A stretch of 63,479 nt of DNA, the filler included, from Circinaria calcarea (lineage: Eukaryota): the NCBI GenBank assembly GCA_051942165.1. It is 41 parts of 41 records of this genome, joined end to end, with 100 filler letters (N's around TTAATTAATTAA, not from the genome) between each part and the next. Parts side by side here need not be neighbours in the genome. Positions count along the whole stretch, not along the records: positions 49,717 to 51,159 come from JAVECS010004713.1; positions 51,260 to 52,702 come from JAVECS010004714.1; positions 52,803 to 54,244 come from JAVECS010004715.1; positions 54,345 to 55,784 come from JAVECS010004716.1; positions 55,885 to 57,324 come from JAVECS010004717.1; positions 57,425 to 58,864 come from JAVECS010004718.1; positions 58,965 to 60,403 come from JAVECS010004719.1; positions 60,504 to 61,941 come from JAVECS010004720.1; 33 more parts are not named here. One strand, written 5' to 3'. Below are positions 50,780 to 63,479 of the stretch, piece by piece (the first letter of the stretch is position 1; every line of letters starts with the position of its first letter). Under the pieces are notes generated by a model, which had not been told where the DNA came from, ran no database searches, and worked only from the letters and a program-made list of their open reading frames with translations. Both the position numbers and the translations under genes were made by a program.

Positions 50780-50922
50780 AAAACCCAAAACCCAAAACCC
50801 AAAACCCAAAACCCAAAACCCAAAACCCAAAACCCAAAACCCAAAACCCAAAACCCAAAACCCAAAACCCAAAACCCAAAACCCAAAACCCAAAACCGAA
50901 AACCGAAAACCGGAAACCGGAA
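50780..50922. repeat. (AAAACCC)n heptamer repeat, ~16 units, then degenerate
   Basis: Direct reading. Confidence 0.97.
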
Positions 50923-51259
50923 AGAAAACCCTTCCTACTACTACCTAACCCCTTTTCTCCCAAGGTAACCACCCAAGGTACCATAACAAATGCAGGAGGA
51001 TATCCCATAAAAAACCATTAGAAAATAATCCACTAGGACAACGAAGTAGTGATTTTTTCCCATATTTAACTTTTACGCCCACACGGGGGGGAGGTGAAAT
51101 TAGTACTCTTACTTGCGGTTTGTCCAGTTCAGTCCAGGTAAAGTGGGGTAAGGTAGGGTNNNNNNNNNNNNNNNNNNNNNNNNNNNNNNNNNNNNNNNNN
51201 NNNTTAATTAATTAANNNNNNNNNNNNNNNNNNNNNNNNNNNNNNNNNNNNNNNNNNNN

Positions 51260-51458
51260 GGGGAGGTAGCACCGCATCCCAAAGTTCTGTCTCTTCACGA
51301 AAGAACTCATCGAATTCGGTACCGGCGAGCAAAGCTTGCTCATCCGAGAAGTCGGACTTTATATAATTCGATATCGAGGATTCGAAAAGGATATTGGACA
51401 GCCCTGCGTCGTAGTCATTCAGGCTTTGCGGCGAGGGACATTTCCACTCCGTTCCCAT
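51260..51458 (-). CDS. Hypothetical protein N-terminus
   Basis: GCCATGG start, open to the contig edge. Confidence 0.35.
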
Positions 51459-52802
51459 GGCTTTACCATGGTCCTTTTTCCCAAATAGCGTACCGCAAAG
51501 GGTGTCGTGAATGTGGAATCAACGGTAATCCTAGAAAGTCTTGCCTCTCGGGGTCCAGATACTGAATCAGAAGCTCTGGAAGAATCGTTTCAACCGAGTC
51601 CGTAGTCTTGTATTTTCGGTTGCACCACTTCGTTAGCCTTCGGTGTCGTATCGAACAATGATTTCATTCCGTGTCAGGCTCCGACACTGGCTAATGAGGA
51701 GAACGTCGACTCTCGTAGCAATCCCACGTCCATAAGAACGTTTTGGATATATCATATATAGAAATATCGTCCCAAGGATACGGAATACCGTTTACTCGAG
51801 ACACTTTGGAGCCGCTCTCCATTTCTCCGACTAGGCGATTTTATCTCATAATCTTCATATCAAAAATATATAAAATAAATGGGATTTGGATCAGGTTAGT
51901 TTGCAGAGATAGGAATTTCCTCTTAGGTAGGAACACAGCCATCCACAATTGCTAGGCCGGGAAGTATAACTCGGTAGATGCGGGTTTTCGTAAGATATTG
52001 AATGTAGATATGAGGGGAACACGCAATGTATTCGGGAGGCCTATACGATCTCATATATATATGGGAAAGAGAAGCTAGCAATGCTGACTTCCAAGCAAAT
52101 ATGAAATAAATGGTGTTCCCCTTCACCCGTACTAGAGTGTTAATCGTACAAGATAGAAATAGCTGGCCCTAGTCAAGTGGAAGGTGTATTTCCCAAGCAT
52201 GAAGATAGTAATTGCAATTTTGTTCAAATCACTTGGGGTGAACAGTCGATGAATTGCTAAGCCGGCCCGGGATATACAGTGATTCCCTGGGCTGTTCCCG
52301 GTGTGGGACTACCTTGTCTACCTAGTAATCAATGACAGACAATCAGTAAAGATCTCGATTTACCCCTTCCTTAACAAACCCCCCCCCCTCTTTTTTCTTT
52401 TCTTTCAAAAATCACCCTGAGCGAGGTATGATAGCACAAGACTTGTTTACTTCTAGAGAAGGAGCGGTCCTTCTCAAAACGAGGAGTAAAGCAAGGGGAG
52501 AATATGCAACAGTAAAGCATGGAGTAGATTCCCCGTTTCCCCCAATCTTCCCTCTAGCATGCGAATAATCCCACCGATATGCTCGAACAGGCAAATGTAC
52601 AACCCTCCATCTTCCCCGCTCCTGCTTGTACTCCTATTCCTGATCCGCCCCCATTGCAGAATCAAACAATCCCCTCCCACTCCTAACCTCCCTCCTTTCC
52701 TCNNNNNNNNNNNNNNNNNNNNNNNNNNNNNNNNNNNNNNNNNNNNTTAATTAATTAANNNNNNNNNNNNNNNNNNNNNNNNNNNNNNNNNNNNNNNNNN
52801 NN

Positions 52803-53541
52803 GTTTCTTTTGCTGCAGGCCGTTGCCCTTTTTATGGGATAAATCCATTCCAGGCGGGTTTTGCTATTCCAATCACGGTGTCGCGGTTGCCAACATACTC
52901 AGCACCGTGGCGGATGTTGGCATCCTGATACTTCCATCTCTAGTATTGTGGCGTTTGCATATGAGCACTGGGCGAAAGGTCGGCTTGACACTTTTATTCC
53001 TGATAGGTATCTTGTGAGTCCATCTCTATCCCAACGCACTGGCTATACTAACGCGCTGCCAGAGCCTGTATAGCTAGCATAGTCCGTATTGTAATGACAT
53101 ACAGGGAAGGCCCAGACTGGACCTGTGAGTAATCTGAGAATATTCTTCCGTACCAATCTAATCCTTCGTATAGGGCAAAATGCCGACCTTTGGGTCTGGA
53201 CTGCGGTCGAGGCAGTAGTCGGTATCCTTTGTGGCTGCTTCCCCGTCATCGCTCCGGCCTTCAGCGGTGACGTCTTCAAAAAACGTCTAGGCACGACCCG
53301 CGTGGGCCGCTTCTTCGAAAGGTTCTTTAGCAACAAAGGGTCCTCACATCCTTCCCGTCCCAATGCTCTTCGACCCAACATGCAGCTCAACCACTGGCCC
53401 ACTAGCAACGACGACTGCTCTAAGCATGACAATGACAACTCCATCAGTACCGAAGCTCTGGCGGCTCGGCGGGAAAAGGACGGTTCGGAGAGTTCGGATT
53501 GTAAGATTCATGTGCATACCGTTCACGAGGAAGAGAATTAG
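52803..53541 (+). CDS. PTH11-like (fungal rhodopsin-domain) integral membrane protein, C-terminal half
   Basis: CRPLPFLWDKSIPGGFC...DVGILILP...WRLHMSTGRKVGL...|ACIASIVR...WTAVEAVVGILCGCFP. Confidence 0.9.
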
Positions 53542-54344
53542 TATGTTCTCATTCCCTTTGTCGACGCATTGTATACGCGTAAATAAGCTAATCGAATACA
53601 TTCATAGTGAGATCCCGCATTTGGGCCCCTATTTGGAGGATGAGGAGAAAGCGCTTCCCAAACCGAGTGTGAAGACGCATATCTGGAGATGATGTGACGT
53701 TTCCACGAAAAGAGCATGATACTGGCGGCCCAGTGTGCTCTGTCAATCTCCCTGCCCCTCTCCTGATTCGCGTAATCGAAAGCCTTACCTCGAATCTAGC
53801 CTGATCTTCCCTATTCCCGAGGTAGGGTCTGGAGTAGACTTTTTGGGGACTGGGAGGATTTGGTTGTACGCTTGTGGCGATTAGGAGCATACAAAGAGAT
53901 GTAAATGTTCATAGATAGCCAAGCATATCAAGAAAATAATAATCTTGTGTCATTCCGCACATAAATCTACCCGTAAAGCTCGACTCCTTTTTGTCCTTGT
54001 GATACCCCACCCCACCACGTCCCAAAACAAAATCCCAAGACAAACTCACAAAATCCAACCCGACAACCCAAATTCCCCAAATTCCCAAATGGATTCCCAA
54101 AAACCCAAACCAAACCAAAACCAAAACCAAACTAATCCGAAAAATCAAAGAAATCCTTCCCCCCCCCCAAAAAATTTTTCCAAAGGGGGGAACGACGGTT
54201 ACCGGTGGTAGTGATTTTTGAATCGCTAGGCTTTGGGGGGGGGGNNNNNNNNNNNNNNNNNNNNNNNNNNNNNNNNNNNNNNNNNNNNTTAATTAATTAA
54301 NNNNNNNNNNNNNNNNNNNNNNNNNNNNNNNNNNNNNNNNNNNN

Positions 54345-55150
54345 CCTCCCCTACCTCTCCGAATAATAAATCGAACTCAAAAAAACCCCGCGAACCCCCC
54401 TCCCTAACCACATTCACAGACCGCAACGGTCTAGGCGCCTACATCCTCTCTCCCCAATCCTATCCCCCCTCACGAGTAATCTACCATAATGAGCACTTCG
54501 TCGCTCTGAACGACCTCTACCCCAAATCCTCAATCCACATTCTCCTTCTCCCGCGCGACCCCGCCAAAACCCTCCTTCATCCCATAACCGCCCTCTCGAC
54601 CGATGACGCCTTCCTTGCCCTCGTCCGGGCAGAAGTAGCAAAAGTAAAGAAGTTGGTAGCCAGCGAGCTCCGGCGCCTTTACGGCAAATTCTCCGCCAAG
54701 GAAGCTGCTCGCTCAGCCGCCATGGAGCTTCCCAATCCCCCAGACACGCTCCCACCCGGCCGCGACTGGGACGCCGAAATTCTCACCGGTATCCACGCTG
54801 GTCCTTCGATGAACCATCTCCATATCCACATTCTTTCCGTCGACAGATACAGCCCCTGCATGAAGCACCGGAAACATTACAACAGCTTCGCGACGCCATT
54901 TCTGATTCGACTGGAAGAATTCCCATTGGCGGAAGGAGATCCCCGGGTGGGTGGGTGGCTGAGCGGGAGGGACAGAGAAAGTAGACGGCAAGGCGGAACC
55001 GAGGAAGTAAACTCCAAAAGAGCAAGTTACCTAGCCCACTGCCTAAAAGCGGACCTCAAATGCTGGCGCTGCAGCCGGAATTTCGGGAATAAATTCGCCA
55101 GGCTAAAAGAGCATTTAGACGAGGAATTCGAAGCGTGGAAGAGGGAGTAA
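54345..55150 (+). CDS. HNT3: Aprataxin-like HIT protein with C-terminal zinc finger, 5'-truncated
   Basis: DLYPKSSIHILLLPR, GIHAGPSMNHLHIH, KHYNSFATPF, CWRC...LKEHLDEE. Confidence 0.95.
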
Positions 55151-56584
55151 GTTTGGTTGGGCTTGGAAAAAGGAGGAGAATGGGGGATGGAGCATGGAGC
55201 ATGGAGCACGGGTACGGGGAAAAGGGGAACGGAGACAGAGAAGGGGGGGAACATTCTGGTTTGTTGTAGCGATATCATATCATACCTAAGGGATAGACTA
55301 CCCGAACCTAAAACGTGGACTTGTACATTTTGCATTTTGCATTTCTTTTTTTTTTGGGACTCCCCCCCCCCAAAACAACCACTTAAATCCTCGAAATCGA
55401 AAGAAACTCGATGCCGAATTACTGAGCAAAAGGATACCAAAAACTTGCTTATCTACTTTACCATAAACCGGCACAGGCCCCAACCCCCACCACGTAGATA
55501 TCGTCCTCGTCCTCTCTCAACCCCAGTCCCAGTCCCAGTCTCAGTCCCAACCTCCAGCCTCCAACCTCCAACCTCCAACCTCCAACCTTCAGTCCCAACC
55601 TCAGCATCCAACGCGTGAGGGGTGAGGGGTTTCAACGGAAACGCAGAATCCAAAAAGGAAAAGGACAGAATAAAAATGACGTTGTTTGCTTTTAAGTTTT
55701 TATTTTAGTTTTGAGCGAATTTTGAGCGAGTTTGAGATGGGGTGGGGATGAGATGGGCAGGAAGATAGGGGTAGGGAGGAGGAGNNNNNNNNNNNNNNNN
55801 NNNNNNNNNNNNNNNNNNNNNNNNNNNNTTAATTAATTAANNNNNNNNNNNNNNNNNNNNNNNNNNNNNNNNNNNNNNNNNNNNAAAGATTCGAATACCG
55901 CTGAGATTGGCTGATGTGTGAGAGTAGGAGAGGTGATCTACTCTTTGTCGTTTGCGCAAACGTGGTTTCTGTATTGCCCCACACCGGGGCGTAAGGTACG
56001 ATGCGAGGAACAAGGCTGGAATATGCCGGTCCCCCTCCCCAATAGTGCACATTAATAACCAACCTGGTCCAGCAATACGGTGTGCACCTGCCACCTGTGC
56101 CACGCCCTGCTAGACTTCAATCGAATACCTATCGAGCCAACCATCGTATATGAGCAGTAGGTTTTTGTGGGCAGCCATATCAAGAGCATTGCCTGTCCAA
56201 CCGGGTCCCGGAAAGACATTTGGAAGATTTTGCGGCAACCTGCTCGTTACATATGATGTAGTCATGGAAGATAATAATTTGCGAGACTGCTTCACTCGAG
56301 GCTGAGTTTCCTACATGAGACGCTGCCTTATGCACCTTTGTGGATACGCCGCTTTCCTGACCACTTAAGGCACTTTGTGCAGCGCCTCAATGTATTAGCT
56401 TAAATTACCGTGCGACTTCACCAACGACCGCAGTCCCTTATAAGGATATCTGTTCACCCGAGGTTTCCATCGAAGACGAATTATGCGACTTTTTTCTGCC
56501 ATTGATCTTGAAAATTACTGTCAGCCTCGCATACATTATATTAGCAGAACCAAGTTCTAGCTAAAAACATTTCACCACATCGAG

Positions 56585-57324
56585 ATGTCACTTCAACCAC
56601 TACCAATAGGGGCAACCATTACCACGCTCGTGAGTGTACAGACGGTAAATCCAGGAGCAGGGCCAACAACTATCACGCTCGTGACTCGAGTTCCACTACC
56701 TGTAGGGGCAACTATAGCGGTAACACTACCGGACGGTGTAGTTGCGATAGAAGTAATCACATCTGTTAATACCGCCGATTTGAACGGCCCTGGAGTCTCT
56801 GTCCTAGCTCTTACCTCGCTGCCAAGTACTGTGGCTCCTGTTCGCCTTGCATCACTGCATTGGCTCACGGTGTTATCGCCTTTGACATTCTCGCCTTCGA
56901 CAGTATCGCCTTCGAAATTATCGCCTTCATCTCTACAGTCTCTGTTGCCTGTTTCATCTTCCTCGTTTTCCTCCCTTTCCAACCCAGCACCTACGCAAAC
57001 ATCTCTCCCTCCTCCATCGGGGCCGGGCCTCTCTAGACCCACACAAATCGGACTTGGCGTCGGGATCACCCTGGGTGCTCTAGCGTTCATGGCCCTTGGC
57101 GGCGGCTTGATGTACTACCTTCTGCGCGTCCGAGGACGAGGTCACCGTAGTCCGGGTCACAGGGAAGACCCTCGCGGCACAGCAGGCGAAGACAACCCCT
57201 ACGGTATTGACATCAATCCCAACGACGATACCGCAGAAAATGCAGCTGTTCAGCGGAGTCTCTCAAGGAGAGAGCTAGACGGTGTTCGGAGAGAAGGGTC
57301 GAGGAAAGAGCTGGATGGTGAGCA
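56585..57324 (+). CDS. Ser/Thr/Pro-rich single-pass membrane protein, 3'-truncated
   Basis: S/T-rich region, TM segment IGLGVGITLGALAFMALGGGLMYYLL, basic stop-transfer, repeated ELDG motifs. Confidence 0.7.
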
Positions 57325-57879
57325 NNNNNNNNNNNNNNNNNNNNNNNNNNNNNNNNNNNNNNNNNNNNTTAATTAATTAANNNNNNNNNNNNNNNNNNNN
57401 NNNNNNNNNNNNNNNNNNNNNNNNCCCCCCCAACCAACAAATCCAATTTTCTTTTTTTTGGGGGAGTCCGTTGATATCACCAGCACTATATATTTGCATA
57501 CATTGCATATTGTCAGGGACTCAATTGGCTTCATAGCATGCATTGCAGTCTGAGCGAGAATATAAGCACGAAGGTGCTTAGGTTACGTACAGCGGGGTGT
57601 TATACCCCGTGGGTAGGGCTGTAGGGCGCCCGTAGGGCGTACCCCCTTCAGGCTGCCACTTAGAACCGTGACACATATATTGCATACACGTATATACGAT
57701 ATACGATATACCCTCAAAAGGTTTGGTTCTCAAGGCTAAGAACACCAGGACACGATATCATGTTTTTTTTAAAAAAAAAAAAAAAAAAATTTCACTCGAG
57801 AAATAACTTTATTCATTTTTTGGTTTTTTTGATTTTTAATTTTTACTATATTGTAGTTTTGGTCTTCTGAAACGGTCCG

Positions 57880-57959
57880 GTCCAGTCCAGTCCAGTCCAG
57901 TCCAGTCCAGTCCAGTCCAGTCCAGTCCAGTCCAGTCCAGTCCAGTCCAGTCCAGTCCA
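57880..57959. repeat. (GTCCA)16 microsatellite
   Basis: Direct reading. Confidence 0.98.
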
Positions 57960-58271
57960 AAGAACGGCTCTGCTCTGCTTCGCTTCCTTCTCCTTTCCCC
58001 AAACCGTACGTAACGGTGCCAAACCTGAGGCATGCAGCACGCTATGCCTTTATGCTCCCGAGTCCTTTGGCTCCGATAGGGGGGAAAAAATCCCCCCCCT
58101 CTCAGTGAGATACGGTATCCTAGAAACCCCCATTGCTGCTCATATGTACACAGATACCAGGAAAGGAAAGGAATGAAAGAAAGAAAGAAAAAACCCCCTC
58201 CATACCGGATGGATTGGATGATATATACAAACTCAAAGTCCAATATGTACCAAGGGTCAAGTTCCATCTTG

Positions 58272-58864
58272 TTACAGTAAGCACATGGCAGCTGTTGCGG
58301 CAACCAACAGCCCCATCAGACCCTTCACCTCCGTCCTCCCTGCCAACCCCTCCTTTGCGGTGGTCGTAGCTGCAGCCGTGGCCGAAGTACTGGTACTTCC
58401 ACCTGAAGAACTCGGCGTTGCCCCGCCAGATGTATCCTGTCCGCCCGGCGTATTACTCTGGTCATTGGGTAACGGACTAATCGACAGGCCCTTGATCTCG
58501 GCTCCGTTACTAGAGTAGATCGTCATTGGGACGTTCCTCTGAGTGATCTCCACCAATCTGCCGTTGTTGGGGTTCTCGATACCATTGTTGATCAAATCTT
58601 GTCCTCCAGGTGGAAGGGATGGAACATCAAACCTGTTGTAAAAATTTGGAGAACTGATAAGACTGCTGTTGCAAGCGGGTGGGGTAAGAGATGTGGCGGT
58701 TGAATTACTGGATTGCAGACTCTCGATGTCGAGCTTGTTGAACTGGCTTTGAAGTTGATCAAAATCTGTTCGTAACGATACGGTATTGTTGTTGTTCAAG
58801 ACCACAAGGCCATAGTCGGAGACTTCTTGAGAGTACTCGTAGACGACGCCACCACTCATGACGC
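58272..58864 (-). CDS. GH72 beta-1,3-glucanosyltransferase (Gas/Gel family), C-terminus with GPI signal
   Basis: SGGVVYEYSQEVSDYGLV, S/T-rich linker, hydrophobic C-terminus. Confidence 0.9.
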
Positions 58865-58964
58865 NNNNNNNNNNNNNNNNNNNNNNNNNNNNNNNNNNNN
58901 NNNNNNNNTTAATTAATTAANNNNNNNNNNNNNNNNNNNNNNNNNNNNNNNNNNNNNNNNNNNN

Positions 58965-59451
58965 CCTGTTGATATTACACCGGGTATCATGATGACCGGA
59001 TGTACCGCTCTGACACCCTGGGATTGGAGATGGAGGCCAACGGAGAAAGAATCATAATTGACAGCCTCACGCTCAGTTCGCTGTGGGAAAACTCTGCATC
59101 AGCTCAGCCCGATATTTAGAATTTCAGAGCAGACGGGTTCCATACCGTGATGTCCTTTGCATCTTTGATGATACCCGCTGGTATTACATCAAACAGCGAA
59201 TCCAGATTCATATCCAGTAGACCTTCCAAATTGATGACATCCTGCTGGTTCGCAAAGAATGCCGCGACGATCAGGCCGAACAGGCCGCCCAAGCCAAAAA
59301 CGAGCCCATTGCGACGCTTGCTTTTCTTCGAAGTGAGCTTCTTGAGCTTTGCAACAGAGACCAGTCGAACTTCTTCACCTTTCTCTGGTGTGAACTCACG
59401 TGAAGGTCTTGCAGTTGATTCCCCAAGAAAGCGCCGTCTTAGAAAAGACAT
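58965..59451 (-). CDS. LRO1: Phospholipid:diacylglycerol acyltransferase, N-terminus
   Basis: KRRNGLVFGLGGLFG...SLFDVIPAGII..|YDSFSVGLHL...HPVIMIPGVIST. Confidence 0.9.
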
Positions 59452-59971
59452 CAGGCTTAGAGGATGTAGACCTTACATGGTTCGGGCAGTAGGCTTTGAG
59501 CTGCGGGAGAGTCTCATGTCGAGGTTATGTGCTTAAAATCCTTTAGACATTGTAAGCTATCACAATGCGAATGATTGTAGCATCAGCTAAACAAAGTACG
59601 ACAATTATATTGTGTTCTACTTGAATTTCAGAAAGGACTTGTCGGGAGGAAAATTTATGCCTTACCAGAGACAGAATCCAGACGTCTCTATCTACCAGAT
59701 TTACAGGGGTGGCGTCTTTCCAACGCTGAAGTTGCTATCCGCATCCAGTACATAGGGCCTGGGATGCTTTTCATAAATTGATCATACACCACAGTGTTAC
59801 GAAAATTTGAAAGCGTTCGCGTGTTGTTTCTAAAGTCTAACCTCTGCCTTATATGTAAAGGGTACCCCTTGCGCCTAAATAGATCTTACGAGCAAAGACT
59901 CGTCCTTCCTCCTAGCATTAGAAAGAGTAGCAGGAGCCACAGGAGGTAAACGCCCATTCTCCGAGATGAGT

Positions 59972-60403
59972 TCACTTTGCCAAGAATGCTTGAAATGCTT
60001 TATTGTCAATGGCGACGTTACCGACAGCTAAGAACACATTTGTAAGCTATTATCTCCAAAATCAAATGTACCTAAACATACCTTTCAATTTCTTTCGCCC
60101 CTCTTTCTGCTTCTCCAGCAACTTCTTCCTTCGTGAAACATCTGTAGCGTGCAGTTTGGCTAGAACATCCTTTCGAAAGGGCTTCAGCGTCTCCCTAGCC
60201 ACAACACGTCTGCCAGCAACGGCTTGTATAATGACTTCGAACATCTGACGGTCAACATGTTCCTTGAATTTAGTAACCCATTGGCGTCCGAGTCTATCAG
60301 CTTGGCTTGTATGCACAACGCGGGCTACTGCGTCGACAGGAATCTTATTTACGAGCAGCTGAAGCTTGATGATGTTACTTCTTCGCCAATCCGCTTCCTC
60401 GTA
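59972..60403 (-). CDS. GUF1: Mitochondrial translation factor Guf1/LepA, C-terminus
   Basis: [10 protein letters not shown]...[57 protein letters not shown]. Confidence 0.95.
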
Positions 60404-60503
60404 NNNNNNNNNNNNNNNNNNNNNNNNNNNNNNNNNNNNNNNNNNNNTTAATTAATTAANNNNNNNNNNNNNNNNNNNNNNNNNNNNNNNNNNNNNNNNN
60501 NNN

Positions 60504-60620
60504 GGGAAGGGGTTGCAGTTTGGGGAGGAGACGCTGTTTGTGAATGCGGCGGTGATGAATTGGGAGTATCGGCCGGAGAATGCGCCGTGGGTGGTGGATT
60601 TGGATTTGCCGCTTGTGTAG
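60504..60620 (+). CDS. Metallophosphoesterase C-terminal tail
   Basis: GEETLFVNAAVMNWEYRPENAPWVVDLDLP. Confidence 0.7.
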   Translation, partial: GKGLQFGEETLFVNAAVMNWEYRPENAPWVVDLDLPLV

Positions 60621-61269
60621 TTGGTGGGTGGGGGCGACTGGGAAGGGGGATGGCAGTTAAGGTAGATATGCTCACCCATCGCGGCCTGATGAACAGTCCC
60701 TTTTTAAAGTAGAGGTAATCAGGGCATTGAAAAAGTCCAAGAACCACTCCAAAATCTCCAACTCTCCCCGCGGGCTTCCGACCCGTCCTTCATCCTACCC
60801 ACGCGAAAAAGAAAGAAAGGTTTACATTACCTCGACGCTTGCCCGGTCTTGGGGATCTCTCATCCACGTGCTCCTCGCGCTTTAAATCTCCAATTCTCGA
60901 AATCCCGAAAAGTCCTTCTATCTAGCTCCCTCCCTTCCCTCTCCCTGACTGACTGACTGACTAATTCAAAACAACGGGTCATATTACTCCTTATCCTATC
61001 GGTTAGGTCATGATTGGGGGGGGGGGAAGGTTGATTCCTCCTCTACTCTATCTAACATGGTATTTTACTCACATGGGTACTTCTACTTCCCTGCAGGGGG
61101 ATCCCCCCTTTTATCTTTTCCTTTCTCTTGAGTTTAAGTTGAAGTTGGAGGATTTTGATAGATTTTTCGCAGAGGCGTGTTTTCTTTTTGGGTTTTCCGT
61201 TCGGGTCTTCAAAGTAGCTGTGGTGGGGGGCGGGAAAATAAAAACAAACACCCTTCGTAAAATTGTTTA

Positions 61270-61747
61270 ACCGTACCCCACTAAGCTCCCGCTTAGTACC
61301 CAACACCTCAACAATAGAATCGGCTCAACAATAGAAATTTATTTTGGTGTAAAACACGTATATTCGCGCTTCTACATAACAGCATTCACAACGTGAAATA
61401 CGCGTTAAATTATAAAGATTAGCTTAATTATATATATATTCTGCTATCTATTTATTAATAAGATCTTTACATGATCGCAATCGGATAATTAAAAATAATA
61501 ATACGCAAAATCTACTACAAGCTATATCTTAGAATATCCATGTACGCGAAGATCATAATCATCCTCGGATATGATTTATTAGTCTATTAGAATAAGAATC
61601 ATAATTCAAAATAACAGCTTCTGACGTTGCGTTGTAAAGATATAAAGATTTCAAAACGTTGATTTTGTATGTAAAATGGATTCTATCGTTGACCTGATTC
61701 TATTGTTGAGGTGTTGGGTACTAAGCGGGAGCTTAGTGGGGTACGGT
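61270..61747. mobile_element. Non-autonomous Tc1/mariner-pogo-type MITE (478 bp)
   Basis: 52-bp perfect TIRs (ACCGTACCCCACTAAGC...), imperfect to ~67 bp; TA on both sides; AT-rich non-coding interior. Confidence 0.92.
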
Positions 61748-62071
61748 TACGTACAAGGTTCCTGGAGGTTGGATTGGCAAAAACTTGGCCCCACTCAGCC
61801 CAAGCACTCAAGGGGAACAAGTTTTTTTTTTTAAAAAAAAAGTAAAGCGTGATCCAAACCCTCTCGCTTTTTTTCACCCGCCCCATTGGACACACATTTT
61901 CCATCAGAGTGCTACTGGGGCAAATCTACCCCCCATTCCCCNNNNNNNNNNNNNNNNNNNNNNNNNNNNNNNNNNNNNNNNNNNNTTAATTAATTAANNN
62001 NNNNNNNNNNNNNNNNNNNNNNNNNNNNNNNNNNNNNNNNNTCTTATAAAATTAAGAGGTTTTTTCTCTTT

Positions 62072-62191
62072 CTCTTCCTCTTCCTCTTCCTCTTCCTCTT
62101 CCTCTTCCTCTTCCTCTTCCTCTTCCTCTTCCTCTTCCTCTTCCTCTTCCTCTTCCTCTTCCTCTTCCTCTTCCTCTTCCCCTTCCTCTTC
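62072..62191. repeat. (CTCTTC)n microsatellite, ~20 units
   Basis: Direct reading. Confidence 0.97.
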
Positions 62192-63149
62192 CCCCGCCAA
62201 GAAGAAGCGGAAAACAGCCATTTCACTACCGAAGATCGGAGAGCAGGGAAAGCCGTATCCGGGTATCAGCTATGGATATGAAGGTGGACATTGGGGTTCC
62301 CGCTTTAAATAAACCGGGGGGGGGTTCTCCTACCTGCCGACTGACTTGCTCGTTCAGCTTCCTTTTGCTGCTTTTACCGCTTTTACTGCTTTTCCAAAAC
62401 CCCCCCCCCCTTCGGGAAGATTAATGGATTAAAGGATCAAGGACGGGGGTAATGAGTGTGAAAAGGGAAAGGGAAAGGGAAAGGAAAGAACCGAGAAATC
62501 GAGACATATGTGTGCTGCCAATCTTATTCCCATTCCCCATTCCCAATTCCCCGTTCCCATCAAACGCAACGGGAACGGAAACCGGAACCGGAACAGAACC
62601 GAACCGACCGCCGTTGCGGGGATTTTGTCTGTGGTGGAAACCAAAGCACCCGAAGCATAAAGGGAGAGGGAAAGGGAAAAAGGAAAATCCGAGGAAGAAT
62701 AAGCACGATATTTTGATTTTTTTTTTACAATTCATCACGTAGAGATTTTTGAAAAGATTCGACTTGTAAATTCTTCTTTAGATTAATCAGGGTAGGAAAA
62801 ACATCTGGGTATCTCCTGCCTTCCCCGTTCCCCCAATCCCTCTGCCCAATCGATCGCGTACAGAGTGTACCCGACAAAACTAACCGTCACTCTATCCAGC
62901 CGATACATTTTCAAATGAGTAGAGCAGAGCCAGCCAGAAGCCATCCATCCGATTCTGGACTTCCCTTGTTCGCATTCGCATTCCTATCCACCTATGTCGG
63001 TAATAGTGAACATAGATCTCCCCCAGAGCCGGCATGATCGTTTTTGTCCCTCCCAAACCAGAGCAAGTCTATCAAGGGCCCAATTCCGTTGGAACCGGTA
63101 AGTACGCCATCCTATGCCGCATTATCATCATGTCGTAAAAATACATTCG

Positions 63150-63479
63150 TCAGTATCCCGGCCTTTCCCCCCCAAACACGATTCCTTCATCGTCACTGTC
63201 ATACTCCCCCTCATCCCCGTCCCCATTATAGCCCGCCTCGTCGTCTTCAGGAGCTGGTGGACCCAGACTTTTACTCTTCCCTTTCCCTATCGACGCGGCA
63301 AAGTCATCATCAATACTCAAGGTAGAAATGCCGAGCGAACCCAGCTTTTGGTATTGTTGCTCGTCCGCGGCGGTTGATAGGGAAGATGTTCCACTGACGA
63401 CAGACGGTATGCTGGGATAGGAGCACGATTCGCTCATCTCGGATGTCCTGAGATCGTCTGAAGAGGACAACCCCATTGT
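63150..63479 (-). CDS. Hypothetical protein, Ser-rich/acidic C-terminal fragment
   Basis: Open from the window edge to a stop; ...EDDEAGYNGDGDEGEYDSDDEG. Confidence 0.5.
   Translation of the reverse strand, partial: TMGLSSSDDLRTSEMSESCSYPSIPSVVSGTSSLSTAADEQQYQKLGSLGISTLSIDDDFAASIGKGKSKSLGPPAPEDDEAGYNGDGDEGEYDSDDEGIVFGGERPGY

Overview
This is not one locus. It is 41 short (~1.44-1.46 kb) contigs sorted by decreasing length and joined by artificial 100-nt spacers (N44-TTAATTAATTAA-N44), so neighbouring contigs imply no synteny. The DNA is from a filamentous ascomycete (Pezizomycotina): short GT-AG introns with CTRAY branch sites, fungal 18S, and AT-rich RIP-like transposon relics. Recognisable gene fragments are PCNA, an SDR, a Zn2Cys6 protein, a GIT1-like MFS, Pab2, an aspartic protease, Las17/WASP, DUF3445, Ecm14, DAO, Crp1/Mdg1, Mms19, two ~98.5% identical Erg7 copies, a 5'-nucleotidase, a Vrl1/VARP-like protein, a NACHT-associated tail, DUF202, a PTH11-like protein, Hnt3, GH72, Lro1 and Guf1. 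There are also solo LTRs, a TA-flanked MITE and microsatellites. The stand-out is contig 17153-18608, an 18S rRNA fragment interrupted at S788 by a 1186-nt group IC1 intron that lacks P5abc. Its P1 loop carries an ~850-nt insert encoding an I-PpoI-like His-Cys box homing endonuclease that the ORF track missed. The endonuclease gene appears split by a ~49-nt spliceosomal intron, retains one in-frame TGA, and is overlapped by a convergent antisense reading frame. All family assignments come from motif recognition, not database searches.
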